Assembly (NCBI GenBank): GCA_964587385.1
Contig: CAZPLA010000041.1
Location: 43,289 to 107,288, forward strand
Source of the DNA: an uncultured Dehalococcoidia bacterium
GTDB lineage: Bacteria > Chloroflexota > Dehalococcoidia > Lucifugimonadales > GCA-2712585
DNA length: 64,000 nucleotides
Direction of reading: 5' to 3'
The notes under the pieces are model-generated. The model was not told where the DNA came from. It ran no database searches and saw only the letters and a program-made list of their open reading frames with translations. Below, one piece after another: positions 39,685 through 49,668 of the stretch; position 1 is the first letter of the stretch; every line of letters begins with the position of its first letter. The position numbers and the translations under genes were made by a program.

Positions 39685-41169
39685 TTAAAGCCCGGTAATT
39701 TTTAGAGTAGACACTTCTCCAGACTCCAAGTCAGCCACCCTGATCGCATGATTATTGGTATCTGCTATAAAGAGCTTCCCATTACCAGCTGAAAGCCCAG
39801 ATGGCTCATAGAAAGTTGCTTCTTCAGATATTCCGTCATTAAACCCCTTATGCCCAGAACCGAAGATAGTAGTCGTTGTCTTAGTTTCAGGGCACACCTT
39901 TTTAATCTTATGATTATACGTATCTGTAACATACAAACTTCCCTCAAACCAACAAATTCCTGATGGGTGTTGCAACCTAACAGCAGAACCTACACCATCG
40001 ACATCACCAAATTCAAAAAGCCCTTGCCCAACAATAGTTGTTACATTTTGACCATATCCTAAGTCAGCCTTTCGGATCGAGCTCGTTTCACTATCAGCAA
40101 AATAAAGTGAATCACCATCTATAGCTAGTCCACTCGTTTGGGCTAGTGCTGCTAAACCATAAATGCCATCTATAATATCTTCTCTCCCACTGCCTATCTT
40201 AGGAAAAACCTGCAAATCACGCAGATCAAGTGCCCAGATCTGATGACATCCAGCCATTGCGATGTATAAAAAATTTCCTAGTAATTCAAGATCCCAAGGA
40301 GAATTCAACGGAGTTTTAAGAGAGTTCCCCCCAACTGAACCAAAAGAAGATTGAGTGCCAATTCCTGCAACCGTCTCAACGTATTGTTCAGACAAATCTA
40401 TCATTCGTATAGCATGGTTTTCAGTATCGGCTACATAAAGGAAATTTCCGTCCAATACCATTCCCTGAGGATGGTTGAATGCTGCTAAAATAAAATCTCC
40501 ATCTTGAAATCCGGCCGTAACACCCCCAATTGTTTGCACTAATTCACCAGCTAACGTAGTCTGAATAATACGATTGTGATTGGAATCAGAGATAAATATT
40601 GCATCGGATTTCCCATCAACTACAATTTTTCCCGGAAATGATAGCGTTTCCCGTTCTGAATAATCTAACCTGTGGTCTAATAGAGAACGGTCAAGTAAAT
40701 TCTGAGAATCAAATTCCTCTACCATAGACGTCAACAAAAAATCTAACGCTTCAAATGAAGCTTCGCCTTCATGCTTACCTACCACTTTACCTAAAGGATC
40801 AATAAACATTAGCGTGGGCCAAGCCCGACAGGCGTATGAATTCCAAATCTCGAATTGTTCGTCATTGATTACTGGATGAGAAACTTCATAACGCTCAATT
40901 GCCATACGAATACAGTCAGTATCTCTTTCATTTGGGAATTTCGGCGAGTGAACACCAATGACAGCTAATTCATTTTGGTATTTCAATTCCAATTTCCGCA
41001 ACTGCGGAAACACATGCATGCAATTAATTCAACAATATGTCCAGAAATCCAAAATGACTATCTTGCCACGCAGGTCCATTAAACTCACAGCCTGTTTGCT
41101 ATTAACCCATTCTAAATTAGTTGGGAAATCTGGAGCAGATACTTTGCCATAATATGAGGTAGGTGCCAC
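39685..41169 (-). CDS. thioredoxin-like + NHL-repeat protein (NHLRC2/SOQ1-like), probable selenoprotein (Sec at in-frame TGA 41031-41029)
   Basis: GTG 41169 behind GGGAGGG reads [63 protein letters not shown], continuous with the 444-aa ORF ('IGVHSPKF', 'AWPTL', many 'ADT.NH.IR' NHL repeats). 494 aa with read-through. Confidence 0.88.
40993..41010 (-). promoter_or_regulatory. putative bacterial SECIS hairpin
   Basis: mRNA UUUCCGC-AGUU-GCGGAAA; the stem starts 18 nt after the UGA and has G at loop position 2. Confidence 0.6.
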
Positions 41170-41255
41170 GTAAAATCCCTCCCAAAAAATCTATATGTAA
41201 TGTACCACATTTCCGGGAATCCAAAACATCAAAAAGGGATTTAAAAACCAAGTCA

Positions 41256-41285
41256 CTTGACACGGTTCATGTCAAGGTTTAATAT
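41256..41285 (+). promoter_or_regulatory. HAIR-like operator overlapping the hspR-grpE-dnaK promoter
   Basis: Perfect inverted repeat CTTGACA-N7-TGTCAAG (41256-41276) containing the -35 TTGACA; -10 TAATAT at 41280-41285 with 17-nt spacing. Confidence 0.75.
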
Positions 41286-41310
41286 AACTCTGTATTAATG
41301 TTATTTAGTC

Positions 41311-41820
41311 ATGAAACCAAACGATAGAAGAATTACGTATAGAAAAGACATAGAAGCATTAAGCCGACTTCAATCTGAATCTAAGTTTCGAAGCAGGCCA
41401 AGTAACCTATCGATCCAACGAGAAGTGAATTCACAACATGGTCACGTTGAATCTCAAAGAGGCCAATACCGTGAAGTACAAGGCGTTTACGTAATTAGCG
41501 TCGCAGCAAGACTTCTAAGTATGCACCCGCAAACCCTGCGTAAATATGAACGCCTAGGACTTGTGCAGCCTACTCGCACTGTCGGAATGTTGAGGCTCTA
41601 CTCAGATGAGGATTTAGAAAAGCTTCGACTCATTCGCTACCTGGAAACTAACTTAAGGCTTAATTTAGCCGGAGTTGAATTCATATTAACGCTACTAGAA
41701 AGATTATTAGAAATGCACGAAAGAATTAATCACCAATCACGCCTCCAAACAATGCATATGCTAATGGAGAGAGAAATGAAACGGTTTTTAGCTCAGCTTA
41801 ATCTCCCGTTTCACATTTAG
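41311..41820 (+). CDS. hspR: heat-shock repressor HspR (MerR family)
   Basis: '[38 protein letters not shown]', 'LNLAGV'; directly upstream of grpE-dnaK. Confidence 0.88.
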   Translation: MKPNDRRITYRKDIEALSRLQSESKFRSRPSNLSIQREVNSQHGHVESQRGQYREVQGVYVISVAARLLSMHPQTLRKYERLGLVQPTRTVGMLRLYSDEDLEKLRLIRYLETNLRLNLAGVEFILTLLERLLEMHERINHQSRLQTMHMLMEREMKRFLAQLNLPFHI

Positions 41821-41845
41821 AGGTATCCCTAATAAGGAATTCAAT

Positions 41846-42433
41846 ATGAACGAATCTAAAAGGAAAAAAACAGATCCCATTTCAAATACTGAAAATATAA
41901 ACGAAGATATCAAGGTAAATTCCGAGCCTAGTACCCAAGAATTAGAGGCTTCTACCACTGAAATCGATCTTTTGAAAGATTCTTTAAAAAGGTCTCAAGC
42001 AGACCTGATAAATTATCGAAAGCGAACTGATGAAGAACGCCAAGCCCTAATTAAATATGGGAACGAAAGGCTTTTGGTGAAAATCCTACCAATATTAGAC
42101 GAATTTAACATGGCATTAAATCATACTCAGTCTGATGAAACACAATCAGCCTGGTCCGATGGAATTAGATTAATCCATCGCAAACTTCAAAGCATCATAG
42201 AGTCAGAGGGGGTCACACCCATTGATGCCAAGGAAAAATCATTTGACCCCTTAGAACATGAAGCAATCGCTCAACAAGAAAGCGATGTACATGAAGAAAA
42301 TCAAGTTATAAATATTATTCGAGAAGGGTATAAACTCCATGGTCGTGTTTTAAGACCTACTCAGGTAGTTGTGTCCAAAAAACCGAATCCTGCGGAAGCG
42401 AGTGCAACCCAAACAGAAGACAAGGAGAATTAA
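41846..42433 (+). CDS. grpE: nucleotide exchange factor GrpE
   Basis: 'AD..NYRKR', 'FDPLEHEAI', '[16 protein letters not shown]'. Confidence 0.95.
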   Translation: MNESKRKKTDPISNTENINEDIKVNSEPSTQELEASTTEIDLLKDSLKRSQADLINYRKRTDEERQALIKYGNERLLVKILPILDEFNMALNHTQSDETQSAWSDGIRLIHRKLQSIIESEGVTPIDAKEKSFDPLEHEAIAQQESDVHEENQVINIIREGYKLHGRVLRPTQVVVSKKPNPAEASATQTEDKEN

Positions 42434-42435
42434 AA

Positions 42436-44340
42436 ATGGCTAAGGTTCTTGGAATTGACTTGGGTACCACAAACTCCGTTGGCAGCGTAGTGGAAGCGGG
42501 AGAACCCATGGTTATAGAAAATGCTGAAGGCGGTAGGTTAACCCCATCAATAGTTGCAATCAATCCTCGCTCGAACGAAAGATACGTTGGACAAATGGCA
42601 AAACGGCAGGCTGTTACTAACCCTGAAAATACCATCTTTTCAGTAAAACGTCTTATGGGAAGAAAGTATGAAGATGCAGAAACACAACGTGCTTTTAAAA
42701 CACTTCCATATAAAATCACTAAAGCATCGAACGGTGACGCATACGTCGCGTTAGATAACAAAGATCAGGCTCCCCAACAGATATCGGCGATGATTCTTCA
42801 AAAAATCAAACAGGATGCTGAGGCCAAATTAGGTGAAAAGATCACTCAAGCAGTGATTACAGTTCCCGCATATTTCAATGATGCTCAGCGCCAAGCTACC
42901 AAAGATGCAGGCCAAATTGCAGGACTCGAAGTTCTTCGCATCATTAATGAGCCTACTGCAGCATCTTTGGCATATGGGCTGGACAAGGTCGACAAAGACA
43001 AAACCCTGGCCGTATTCGACTTGGGTGGTGGCACATTCGATATAACAATATTGCAAATGGGAGAAGGTGTTTTCGAAGTAAAATCAACAAACGGAGACAC
43101 TTACCTAGGAGGAGATGATTTTGACCAAAGAGTAATGGAATGGTTGATAGCAGACTTTCGTAAAGAATCAGGAATTGACCTGTCAAACGATCGTATGGCA
43201 TTACAACGTCTTCGTGAAGCCGCAGAAAAAGCTAAAGTGGAATTATCTAGTCTTTTACAAACAGAAGTTAATCTCCCATTCATAACCGCAGACGCTAGTG
43301 GTCCTAAACACCTGCTTATGACATTAACAAGAGCGCAATTTCAACAATTAGTTGAAGACTTAGTTAAAAATACAGAAGTTCCCTGTAATCAAGCCCTTGC
43401 TGATGCTGGCCTAAACGCAAGCGATATAGATGAGGTCGTTCTAGTAGGAGGAATGACTCGAGCCCCAATTATTCAGGATAAAGTGAAGGAAATCTTTGGA
43501 AAGGAACCAAATCGCAGCGTCAACCCTGACGAAGCAGTAGCCTTGGGAGCAGCGATTCAAGCTGGCATACTTCAGGGTGACGTAACCGATCTTCTGCTGC
43601 TGGATGTAACTCCATTAACTTTGGGTCTAGAAACTCTAGGCGGAGTAGGAACAGCTCTGATTTCTCGGAACAGCACTATACCCACATCAAAAAGTGAAAC
43701 ATTTACATCAGCGGCAAATAATCAAACAAGCGTAGAAATTCACGTAGTGCAGGGAGAACGACCGATGGCTGTCGACAATAAATCTATTGGCAGATTCATC
43801 CTTGATGGGCTGCTACCGGCTCCACGGGGAGTTCCACAGGTTGAAGTAACATTTGATATAGATGCTAATGGAATTCTCAGTGTGTCAGCCAAAGATAAAG
43901 GAACTGGCAAAGAACAAAAAATCGTTATTCAGCCTAGTTCCGGACTTGACGAAGAGCAAGTAAAGAAAATGGTTGATGAAGCTCAACAGTTTGCTGAAGA
44001 AGATCAACGTAAGCAAACTGAAGCTGAAGTACGCAACCAAGCAGATAACTTGATATTCAGCACAGAAAAAATACTAGAGGAACACTCTGACAAGGTCGAA
44101 GCTGAATTGAAACAAGAAATAGAAACAAAACTAGGAACGTTACGAACGGCCTTGCAAGCAAATGATGTAGCAAGTATCCAAAATGCTATGACGGAATTGA
44201 ATGCACCCTTGCAAAAGCTAGGGGAGGTAGTATATGCGCAAAGCACTGCTGAAAATGCCAATCCTGAGCCTGAATCCCAAGAAAGTCAGGAGCCTCAAGA
44301 TGATGGAACTGTAGAGGGAGAATTCAGAGATGTTGAATAA
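42436..44340 (+). CDS. dnaK: molecular chaperone DnaK
   Basis: 'GIDLGTTNS', '[18 protein letters not shown]', 'DLGGGTFD', 'LLLDVTPL'. Confidence 0.99.
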   Translation: MAKVLGIDLGTTNSVGSVVEAGEPMVIENAEGGRLTPSIVAINPRSNERYVGQMAKRQAVTNPENTIFSVKRLMGRKYEDAETQRAFKTLPYKITKASNGDAYVALDNKDQAPQQISAMILQKIKQDAEAKLGEKITQAVITVPAYFNDAQRQATKDAGQIAGLEVLRIINEPTAASLAYGLDKVDKDKTLAVFDLGGGTFDITILQMGEGVFEVKSTNGDTYLGGDDFDQRVMEWLIADFRKESGIDLSNDRMALQRLREAAEKAKVELSSLLQTEVNLPFITADASGPKHLLMTLTRAQFQQLVEDLVKNTEVPCNQALADAGLNASDIDEVVLVGGMTRAPIIQDKVKEIFGKEPNRSVNPDEAVALGAAIQAGILQGDVTDLLLLDVTPLTLGLETLGGVGTALISRNSTIPTSKSETFTSAANNQTSVEIHVVQGERPMAVDNKSIGRFILDGLLPAPRGVPQVEVTFDIDANGILSVSAKDKGTGKEQKIVIQPSSGLDEEQVKKMVDEAQQFAEEDQRKQTEAEVRNQADNLIFSTEKILEEHSDKVEAELKQEIETKLGTLRTALQANDVASIQNAMTELNAPLQKLGEVVYAQSTAENANPEPESQESQEPQDDGTVEGEFRDVE

Positions 44341-44404
44341 GTATCATTCTGATACATAGAACATATACAATACTTATGGAAATAGTATCACTAGGTAATA
44401 AGCT

Positions 44405-44701
44405 ATGAATTTAAAAGACAACAAAACCCAAGGCAAGCCTAAAAGAACCGCTGTTAGAACCACTAAAACTGAAGTAGACATGACACAATCTCAACTTCAG
44501 TCATACTTCCTCAGTCGACTATCCCAATATTTGGATCTTAAAGCCTTAACTTCCGATAACTCTAATATGGAATCTTGGCAAATTACCGCCCTTAAAAAGG
44601 CTACTTATTCTGCTTTCAGAGATTGCGAAGAGCAGGGGGCTTTGAAACAAGCGGTCACACTACTGCGTCAAAAACATCCTTTGCCCAAATCAGAGGTCTA
44701 A
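44405..44701 (+). CDS. hypothetical protein
   Basis: 98-aa ORF downstream of dnaK; no recognisable motif. Confidence 0.55.
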   Translation: MNLKDNKTQGKPKRTAVRTTKTEVDMTQSQLQSYFLSRLSQYLDLKALTSDNSNMESWQITALKKATYSAFRDCEEQGALKQAVTLLRQKHPLPKSEV

Positions 44702-44811
44702 TCCTATCCGAATCAAAAATAATGATTTAGGTTAAGTAAACTATCCACCGCCGATGTCTTAGCTCGTGGTCAATTAGCATCCATATTGTCTAACGGCAAA
44801 GAAAAGAACAT

Positions 44812-45108
44812 TTAGAGCCCTTCCATTATTTCAAGGTCATAATCCACCAGTTCAGAATCTCGAGCTGTTTGTTCTATATGGTCTAATGCTTGCGATAAAA
44901 CTTGGTTGGCATGACTAGACTTGTTGCTTACAAAAGCAATGCCTAAGATTAGGTTTTTCCGCGAATCATTCTCTCCAACTTCGGCAATAGAAACTCGGAA
45001 TTTGGAACTAGTGCTGGAAAGTAATGGCTGGACAATACCACGCTTTTCTTTCAGGCTATTTACCCCATATAATCTAAATTGGACTCTACACAATGCTATC
45101 TTCAACAA
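44812..45108 (-). CDS. DUF503 (YlxP-like) protein
   Basis: 'SLKEKR', 'KFRVSIAEV', 'LGIAFVSN'; GGAGAGG RBS. Confidence 0.85.
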   Translation of the reverse strand: MLKIALCRVQFRLYGVNSLKEKRGIVQPLLSSTSSKFRVSIAEVGENDSRKNLILGIAFVSNKSSHANQVLSQALDHIEQTARDSELVDYDLEIMEGL

Positions 45109-45184
45109 TTACCTCTCCAGGCCACCAATACAAGATGGAAAAGATTATACCAATACTGCTTTACCAATAAATCAAGAGGCTTTT

Positions 45185-46027
45185 ATGAATAGCAAAGACA
45201 TACGAATTCAAAAAGACCCTGAATTAATAGCATCTGGATTCATTTTCACAGAGGGGCCAGTATGGCATCCAGACGGATATCTTTTATTCAGTGACATACC
45301 TGCCAATACTATTTATTCTTGGTCACCTGATAAAGGCACAGGGACTTACATTTCTAACAGTAATAATTCTAATGGCCTCACGTTTGATTCGAATGGCACG
45401 CTAATAATCTGCGAACACAGTGGAAGGCGGGTTTCAAGAATGTCCTTTGACGGCACATTGGAAACTATAGCCTCCCACTATTTAGGAAAACGACTGAACA
45501 GTCCGAACGATGTAGTAGTTCATTCAAATGGAGAAATCTACTTTACTGATCCAGCGTTCGGTATCAATCCTAGCCAAGAAGAATTAGGATTCAAAGGGGT
45601 TTTTCGAATCAAAAATGACACGACACTTGAGCTGCTAATATCAGATTTCTCCGCTCCTAATGGATTAGCATTCTCACCTGACGAGTCAACATTGTATGTA
45701 GATGATTCAATAGGAAGAGCCACCTGGGCATTTGCCCTAAGCCCAAATGGTCGACTGAGTAATGATCGTATTCTCGTAAATCAGGATCTGCCCGATCCAG
45801 GAAGTCCAGACGGAATGAAGGTAGACATGGCAGGCAATGTATACGTAACTGGGGCAGGCGGTTTATGGATAGTCGACCCTGCAGGAAATCATATCGACAC
45901 ATTAAAATTCCCGGAACAGCCTTCAAACTTAGCGTTTGGAGACTCTGACATGATGTCCATTTATATTACTGCAAGAACCTCAATCTATAAAATACGCACC
46001 AATGTCCCTGGAGTACGCGTTTACTAA
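45185..46027 (+). CDS. SMP-30/gluconolactonase/LRE family protein
   Basis: 'FTEGPVW', 'LFSDIP', 'LNSPND', 'PNGLAFSPDE', 'PDGMKVD'; start ATG 45185, since the track start overlaps DUF503. Confidence 0.9.
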   Translation: MNSKDIRIQKDPELIASGFIFTEGPVWHPDGYLLFSDIPANTIYSWSPDKGTGTYISNSNNSNGLTFDSNGTLIICEHSGRRVSRMSFDGTLETIASHYLGKRLNSPNDVVVHSNGEIYFTDPAFGINPSQEELGFKGVFRIKNDTTLELLISDFSAPNGLAFSPDESTLYVDDSIGRATWAFALSPNGRLSNDRILVNQDLPDPGSPDGMKVDMAGNVYVTGAGGLWIVDPAGNHIDTLKFPEQPSNLAFGDSDMMSIYITARTSIYKIRTNVPGVRVY

Positions 46028-47526
46028 AGATCATCATAAATCACTTTACGCACGTTAATTTTTCTTGGAAGAATTAACGCCCAAACTAATCCAACGATCA
46101 CCATTATCATAATTGGAATACCAGCATTCGATAAAGCTTTCGCGAACACCTCCGCCTGAGCTAAACTCCCAATCTCAGGACCAATATTTGCGACAACCGA
46201 AAAATCTGCCATTGGAGCCTTCTCCTCTAATCCTTTCCTTAACGAGTTCGCAAATATCATAGACACCAAGGCTACTCCTATAGAACCAGATACATTTTGA
46301 ATCATGTTAAGAATTCCAGACCCTAATCCAGCTTTATGTGTCCCTAATGAATTCATAACAAGAATGGTAGTAGCAACAAAAGCGCATCCTCCACCAATAG
46401 CCGCGAGAGACAAGCTCATTAACAATTCCACATAATTAGAACTTGCATCAAAATTCACCCATATTAGTGTTGAAATAACCAACAAGCTTGTGCCAAAAAT
46501 TAAAGGCATTTTAGGTCCAAATTTACCAATAACTCTGCCCCACATTAAAGTAGATATTACTACTAGCAAACCTATTGGTAAAAACATGATACCTGCCTCA
46601 AATGCGGTCCTATGCAAGAAATTTTGCATGTAAATAGTGCTTAATAAGACTACTGGCACAAACCCAAACCCAGATGTAAATCGAATTATAATACCCGTCA
46701 AAAAAACTCGATTCCTAAACAAAACTAAATCTATCAAGGGATTTTTTCGCCTTTTCTCTGTGATTATAAAAAAAGTTATGCCTATAATGGATAAGGCAAA
46801 TAATCCAACGGATTTCCATAAATTAGAGTCAATATTCCAAAGCGCAAATACGATTAGCAGAACCGAAGTTCCCGCCAAAAAACCGCCTATCCAATCTATG
46901 TCCCTGTTAGCATTTTCATCCTTAGATTCTTGGACAATACTTATTGTCATTATTAGAATAACTGCCGATAATACAGCCGCTAGCACAAACACAGACCTCC
47001 ATCCAAAAATTGCGATTAAAGACCCACTTATAAGGGGTCCAACTATTAAACCCAATGCCGCTATCGCTCCCCATATACCTATGGCTAAACCTAGATCTTT
47101 GTGTTGAAAAGCATCAGTTACTATTGCAATCGAACCAGGCATCATCAGAGCACTGCCGGTAGCCTGAACAACCCTTCCCAGCAAAACAATTTGTATGGTT
47201 CCTCCACTAGCACAAATTAAAGAGCCAAGTCCAAATACTAGACATCCAATGATAAAAACCCTTCTCCGACCCCAAATATCACATATCCTTCCACCTAATA
47301 TAACCAGCGACAGATATGCCATACTGAAAGAATTAATAACCCAACTACCCTGCTCAATAGTTATTCCTAAATCTCTTTGCAACGGTGGTAAAGCGAAATT
47401 TATTAATGTGGTATCGATGGCAAGCAAAAAGCCTGCTAGAGAGGTCGTAATTAATATAAGCCATAATTGCCCATCATTGGACCATCGATCAGTAGAGCTA
47501 CAATCGATATTAGGGCTATTAGACAT
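46024..47526 (-). CDS. MFS transporter, DHA2 (EmrB/QacA) type
   Basis: About 14 TM helices; 'D.T.IN.ALP', 'GGRICDIWGRRRVF', 'GWRSVF', 'PLIDL.LF'. Confidence 0.88.
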   Translation of the reverse strand: MSNSPNIDCSSTDRWSNDGQLWLILITTSLAGFLLAIDTTLINFALPPLQRDLGITIEQGSWVINSFSMAYLSLVILGGRICDIWGRRRVFIIGCLVFGLGSLICASGGTIQIVLLGRVVQATGSALMMPGSIAIVTDAFQHKDLGLAIGIWGAIAALGLIVGPLISGSLIAIFGWRSVFVLAAVLSAVILIMTISIVQESKDENANRDIDWIGGFLAGTSVLLIVFALWNIDSNLWKSVGLFALSIIGITFFIITEKRRKNPLIDLVLFRNRVFLTGIIIRFTSGFGFVPVVLLSTIYMQNFLHRTAFEAGIMFLPIGLLVVISTLMWGRVIGKFGPKMPLIFGTSLLVISTLIWVNFDASSNYVELLMSLSLAAIGGGCAFVATTILVMNSLGTHKAGLGSGILNMIQNVSGSIGVALVSMIFANSLRKGLEEKAPMADFSVVANIGPEIGSLAQAEVFAKALSNAGIPIMIMVIVGLVWALILPRKINVRKVIYDDL

Positions 47527-47677
47527 ACGTGCCGAACGTTTTCTTTATCATACCAATGAGTATTTTAAAATAATTCGGGTGAAAAATTCTTGTGCAATTA
47601 AGTCCATTTCATTCAGTAAATCTAAATAGTAAATAATTCAGTTGAGATAACATTAACGTTGATGATACCATCCCCCT

Positions 47678-48352
47678 ATGAAAAAAATCAGGGATGACGG
47701 TAAGGCCTTAAAATACGTTACGATTGTGCCTGAGGATTATTCTGAATCCAAATCCTATCCCCTTATAATTCTCCTTCACGGTTATGGCTCAACAATGCAT
47801 GACCTTGCCAGTTTAGCACCTGAAATAGACCCTCATAATTTTGTTTATATATGCCCCAATGCACCACATCCAATATCCCTCAGACCAGGGTTAATTGGGT
47901 ATGCATGGGCGCGATTGGATAGCACTCACATCCAGCAAGACAAAAATCTAACTAATAAATTATTTAACTTGTTCCTAGAAGAAATTCTTGCAAAATATCA
48001 CCCGGTCTCAGGACAAATATTGATTGGTGGATTCTCTCAAGGAGCGATGGTCTCTTACAGAATAGGATTGCCAAACCCCGATTTGTTCGCTGGCATAATT
48101 GCTTTAAGTGGTCGTATAGATGATATGACAGAGATAAATGCCGACCTACCTATCGAAAGTCGGGCTCAAAAAATCTTTATTTCGCACGGGGTTACAGACC
48201 CCTTAATTTCAATCGGCGAAGCTAGACAATCTTTGGCTTTTTTGAAAAACCATGGATATAACCCGAATTATTTCGAATACGACATCGCCCACGAGATCAC
48301 TCCAGAGGTTTTGGCTAATTTAGTCCCCTGGATCAAGCAAATTCTGCCTTAA
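47678..48352 (+). CDS. phospholipase/carboxylesterase (alpha/beta hydrolase)
   Basis: 'LLHGYGS', nucleophile elbow GFSQG, 'HG..D', 'AHEI'. Confidence 0.88.
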   Translation: MKKIRDDGKALKYVTIVPEDYSESKSYPLIILLHGYGSTMHDLASLAPEIDPHNFVYICPNAPHPISLRPGLIGYAWARLDSTHIQQDKNLTNKLFNLFLEEILAKYHPVSGQILIGGFSQGAMVSYRIGLPNPDLFAGIIALSGRIDDMTEINADLPIESRAQKIFISHGVTDPLISIGEARQSLAFLKNHGYNPNYFEYDIAHEITPEVLANLVPWIKQILP

Positions 48353-48377
48353 AAATAAGAACACTCAATTCGACAGT

Positions 48378-49538
48378 CTAAAGTAAGCTTAACGTAGCAT
48401 TAATCAATTTCTCTAATTCTTCCTCCGTATTAAAGAAGTGACTTGAGGCTCTAACGCAAGACAATTCATTCACCTGCCTTACTACAATGCCAAAATTGTC
48501 CCATAGGCTTGTTACTACATCATCAGCCTTTTTGCCTTCAACCTGGAATGAAGTTAATCCTGCGGAAACAGATTCCGATGTAGGAGACAATAAATTGATG
48601 CCTCTAATTTCAGAAAAGGCATTTTTCAATTGACTAGCAAGACCAAGGTTTCGTTTCTCGATTACCTCAGAGCCTAGGGTTTGATGGAATTTAATGGCCT
48701 CAATAAACCCAGCCAACAAAGCCACGCTGGATGTGGGCAGCTTAAATTTATCCATTGAATCTTCGTTGGGCTTAAAATTCCCTACATCATCATAAGCAAG
48801 ACTAGCGGTACTAGAAATCCGTACCGGCTTTACCAAAGGAATCATTTCCTTACGTATATAAAGAGCTCCTACTCCATCCGGTCCTAATAGCCATTTTTGT
48901 CCCGGAATAGCGTAAAAGTCACAATCCAATTCCCTCATATCCAAAGTTATATGTCCAGCAGTTTGCGCTCCATCTATCAACATCCAAATCCCGCGAGATT
49001 TCGTTAGCTCTCTAAGTTCCCTAACTGGCATTTTCAATCCACAGGTATATTGAATGTGACTTAGGAACAGCATTCGCGTTTTGCTGGTTATCGCATTTAG
49101 AACTCTATTTATTATATCTTCCTTGCTGTCTGACGGATTCAACGGCAAAGGATTTACTAAAACCCCTCTAGAACTTTTAAGATGATATGCAGGAATTAGA
49201 ACCGAAGGATGTTCCAATCCAAAAGTGATAACTTCATCACCTTCTTCCCAGGGCAAACCATTCAAGACAACATTGAGACCATCAGTAGTGCACTGAGTCA
49301 TTAGTATTTCTTCAGGTGTAACGTTTAGAAGTGAAGCAACGGATTCCTTAGCATGGGCCTGAATAGCTTTACCGCTCTCGAAAACAGGCCTAGTCGTAGG
49401 TCCTTCTTCACTCTCATAATCTAGACGCGTTTTTATCGCTTCGACTACACTTCTTGGTGACGGACCTGACCACCCACTGTTCAAATAAACCGCATTCTTG
49501 GTAGCAGGAATTTGTTCTCGTATAGCATCTAAATTCAA
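48378..49538 (-). CDS. class V PLP enzyme (C-S lyase / CefD-EgtE-like)
   Basis: 'YLNSG..GP', 'EHPS', 'DGAQ', 'GQKWLLGP.G.G', 'VRAS.HFFN'; lacks the SufS 'RxGHHCA' loop. Confidence 0.8.
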   Translation of the reverse strand: MNLDAIREQIPATKNAVYLNSGWSGPSPRSVVEAIKTRLDYESEEGPTTRPVFESGKAIQAHAKESVASLLNVTPEEILMTQCTTDGLNVVLNGLPWEEGDEVITFGLEHPSVLIPAYHLKSSRGVLVNPLPLNPSDSKEDIINRVLNAITSKTRMLFLSHIQYTCGLKMPVRELRELTKSRGIWMLIDGAQTAGHITLDMRELDCDFYAIPGQKWLLGPDGVGALYIRKEMIPLVKPVRISSTASLAYDDVGNFKPNEDSMDKFKLPTSSVALLAGFIEAIKFHQTLGSEVIEKRNLGLASQLKNAFSEIRGINLLSPTSESVSAGLTSFQVEGKKADDVVTSLWDNFGIVVRQVNELSCVRASSHFFNTEEELEKLINATLSLL

Positions 49539-49668
49539 TTTTGATCACTTCCCGTGAGATTTACATATATAATACCATTTAAGTAGTTGCATTATTTGTC
49601 CCATTACATGAGAATGTCACCCCGTCCATAATTTTATTTATTATTCAGGTCATAAAAACAAGAATTCT

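Noticed and set aside
44921..45184. N-terminal 88 codons of the 368-aa gluconolactonase ORF
   Set aside because: They overlap the opposite-strand DUF503 gene. The family domain and RBS point to ATG 45185.
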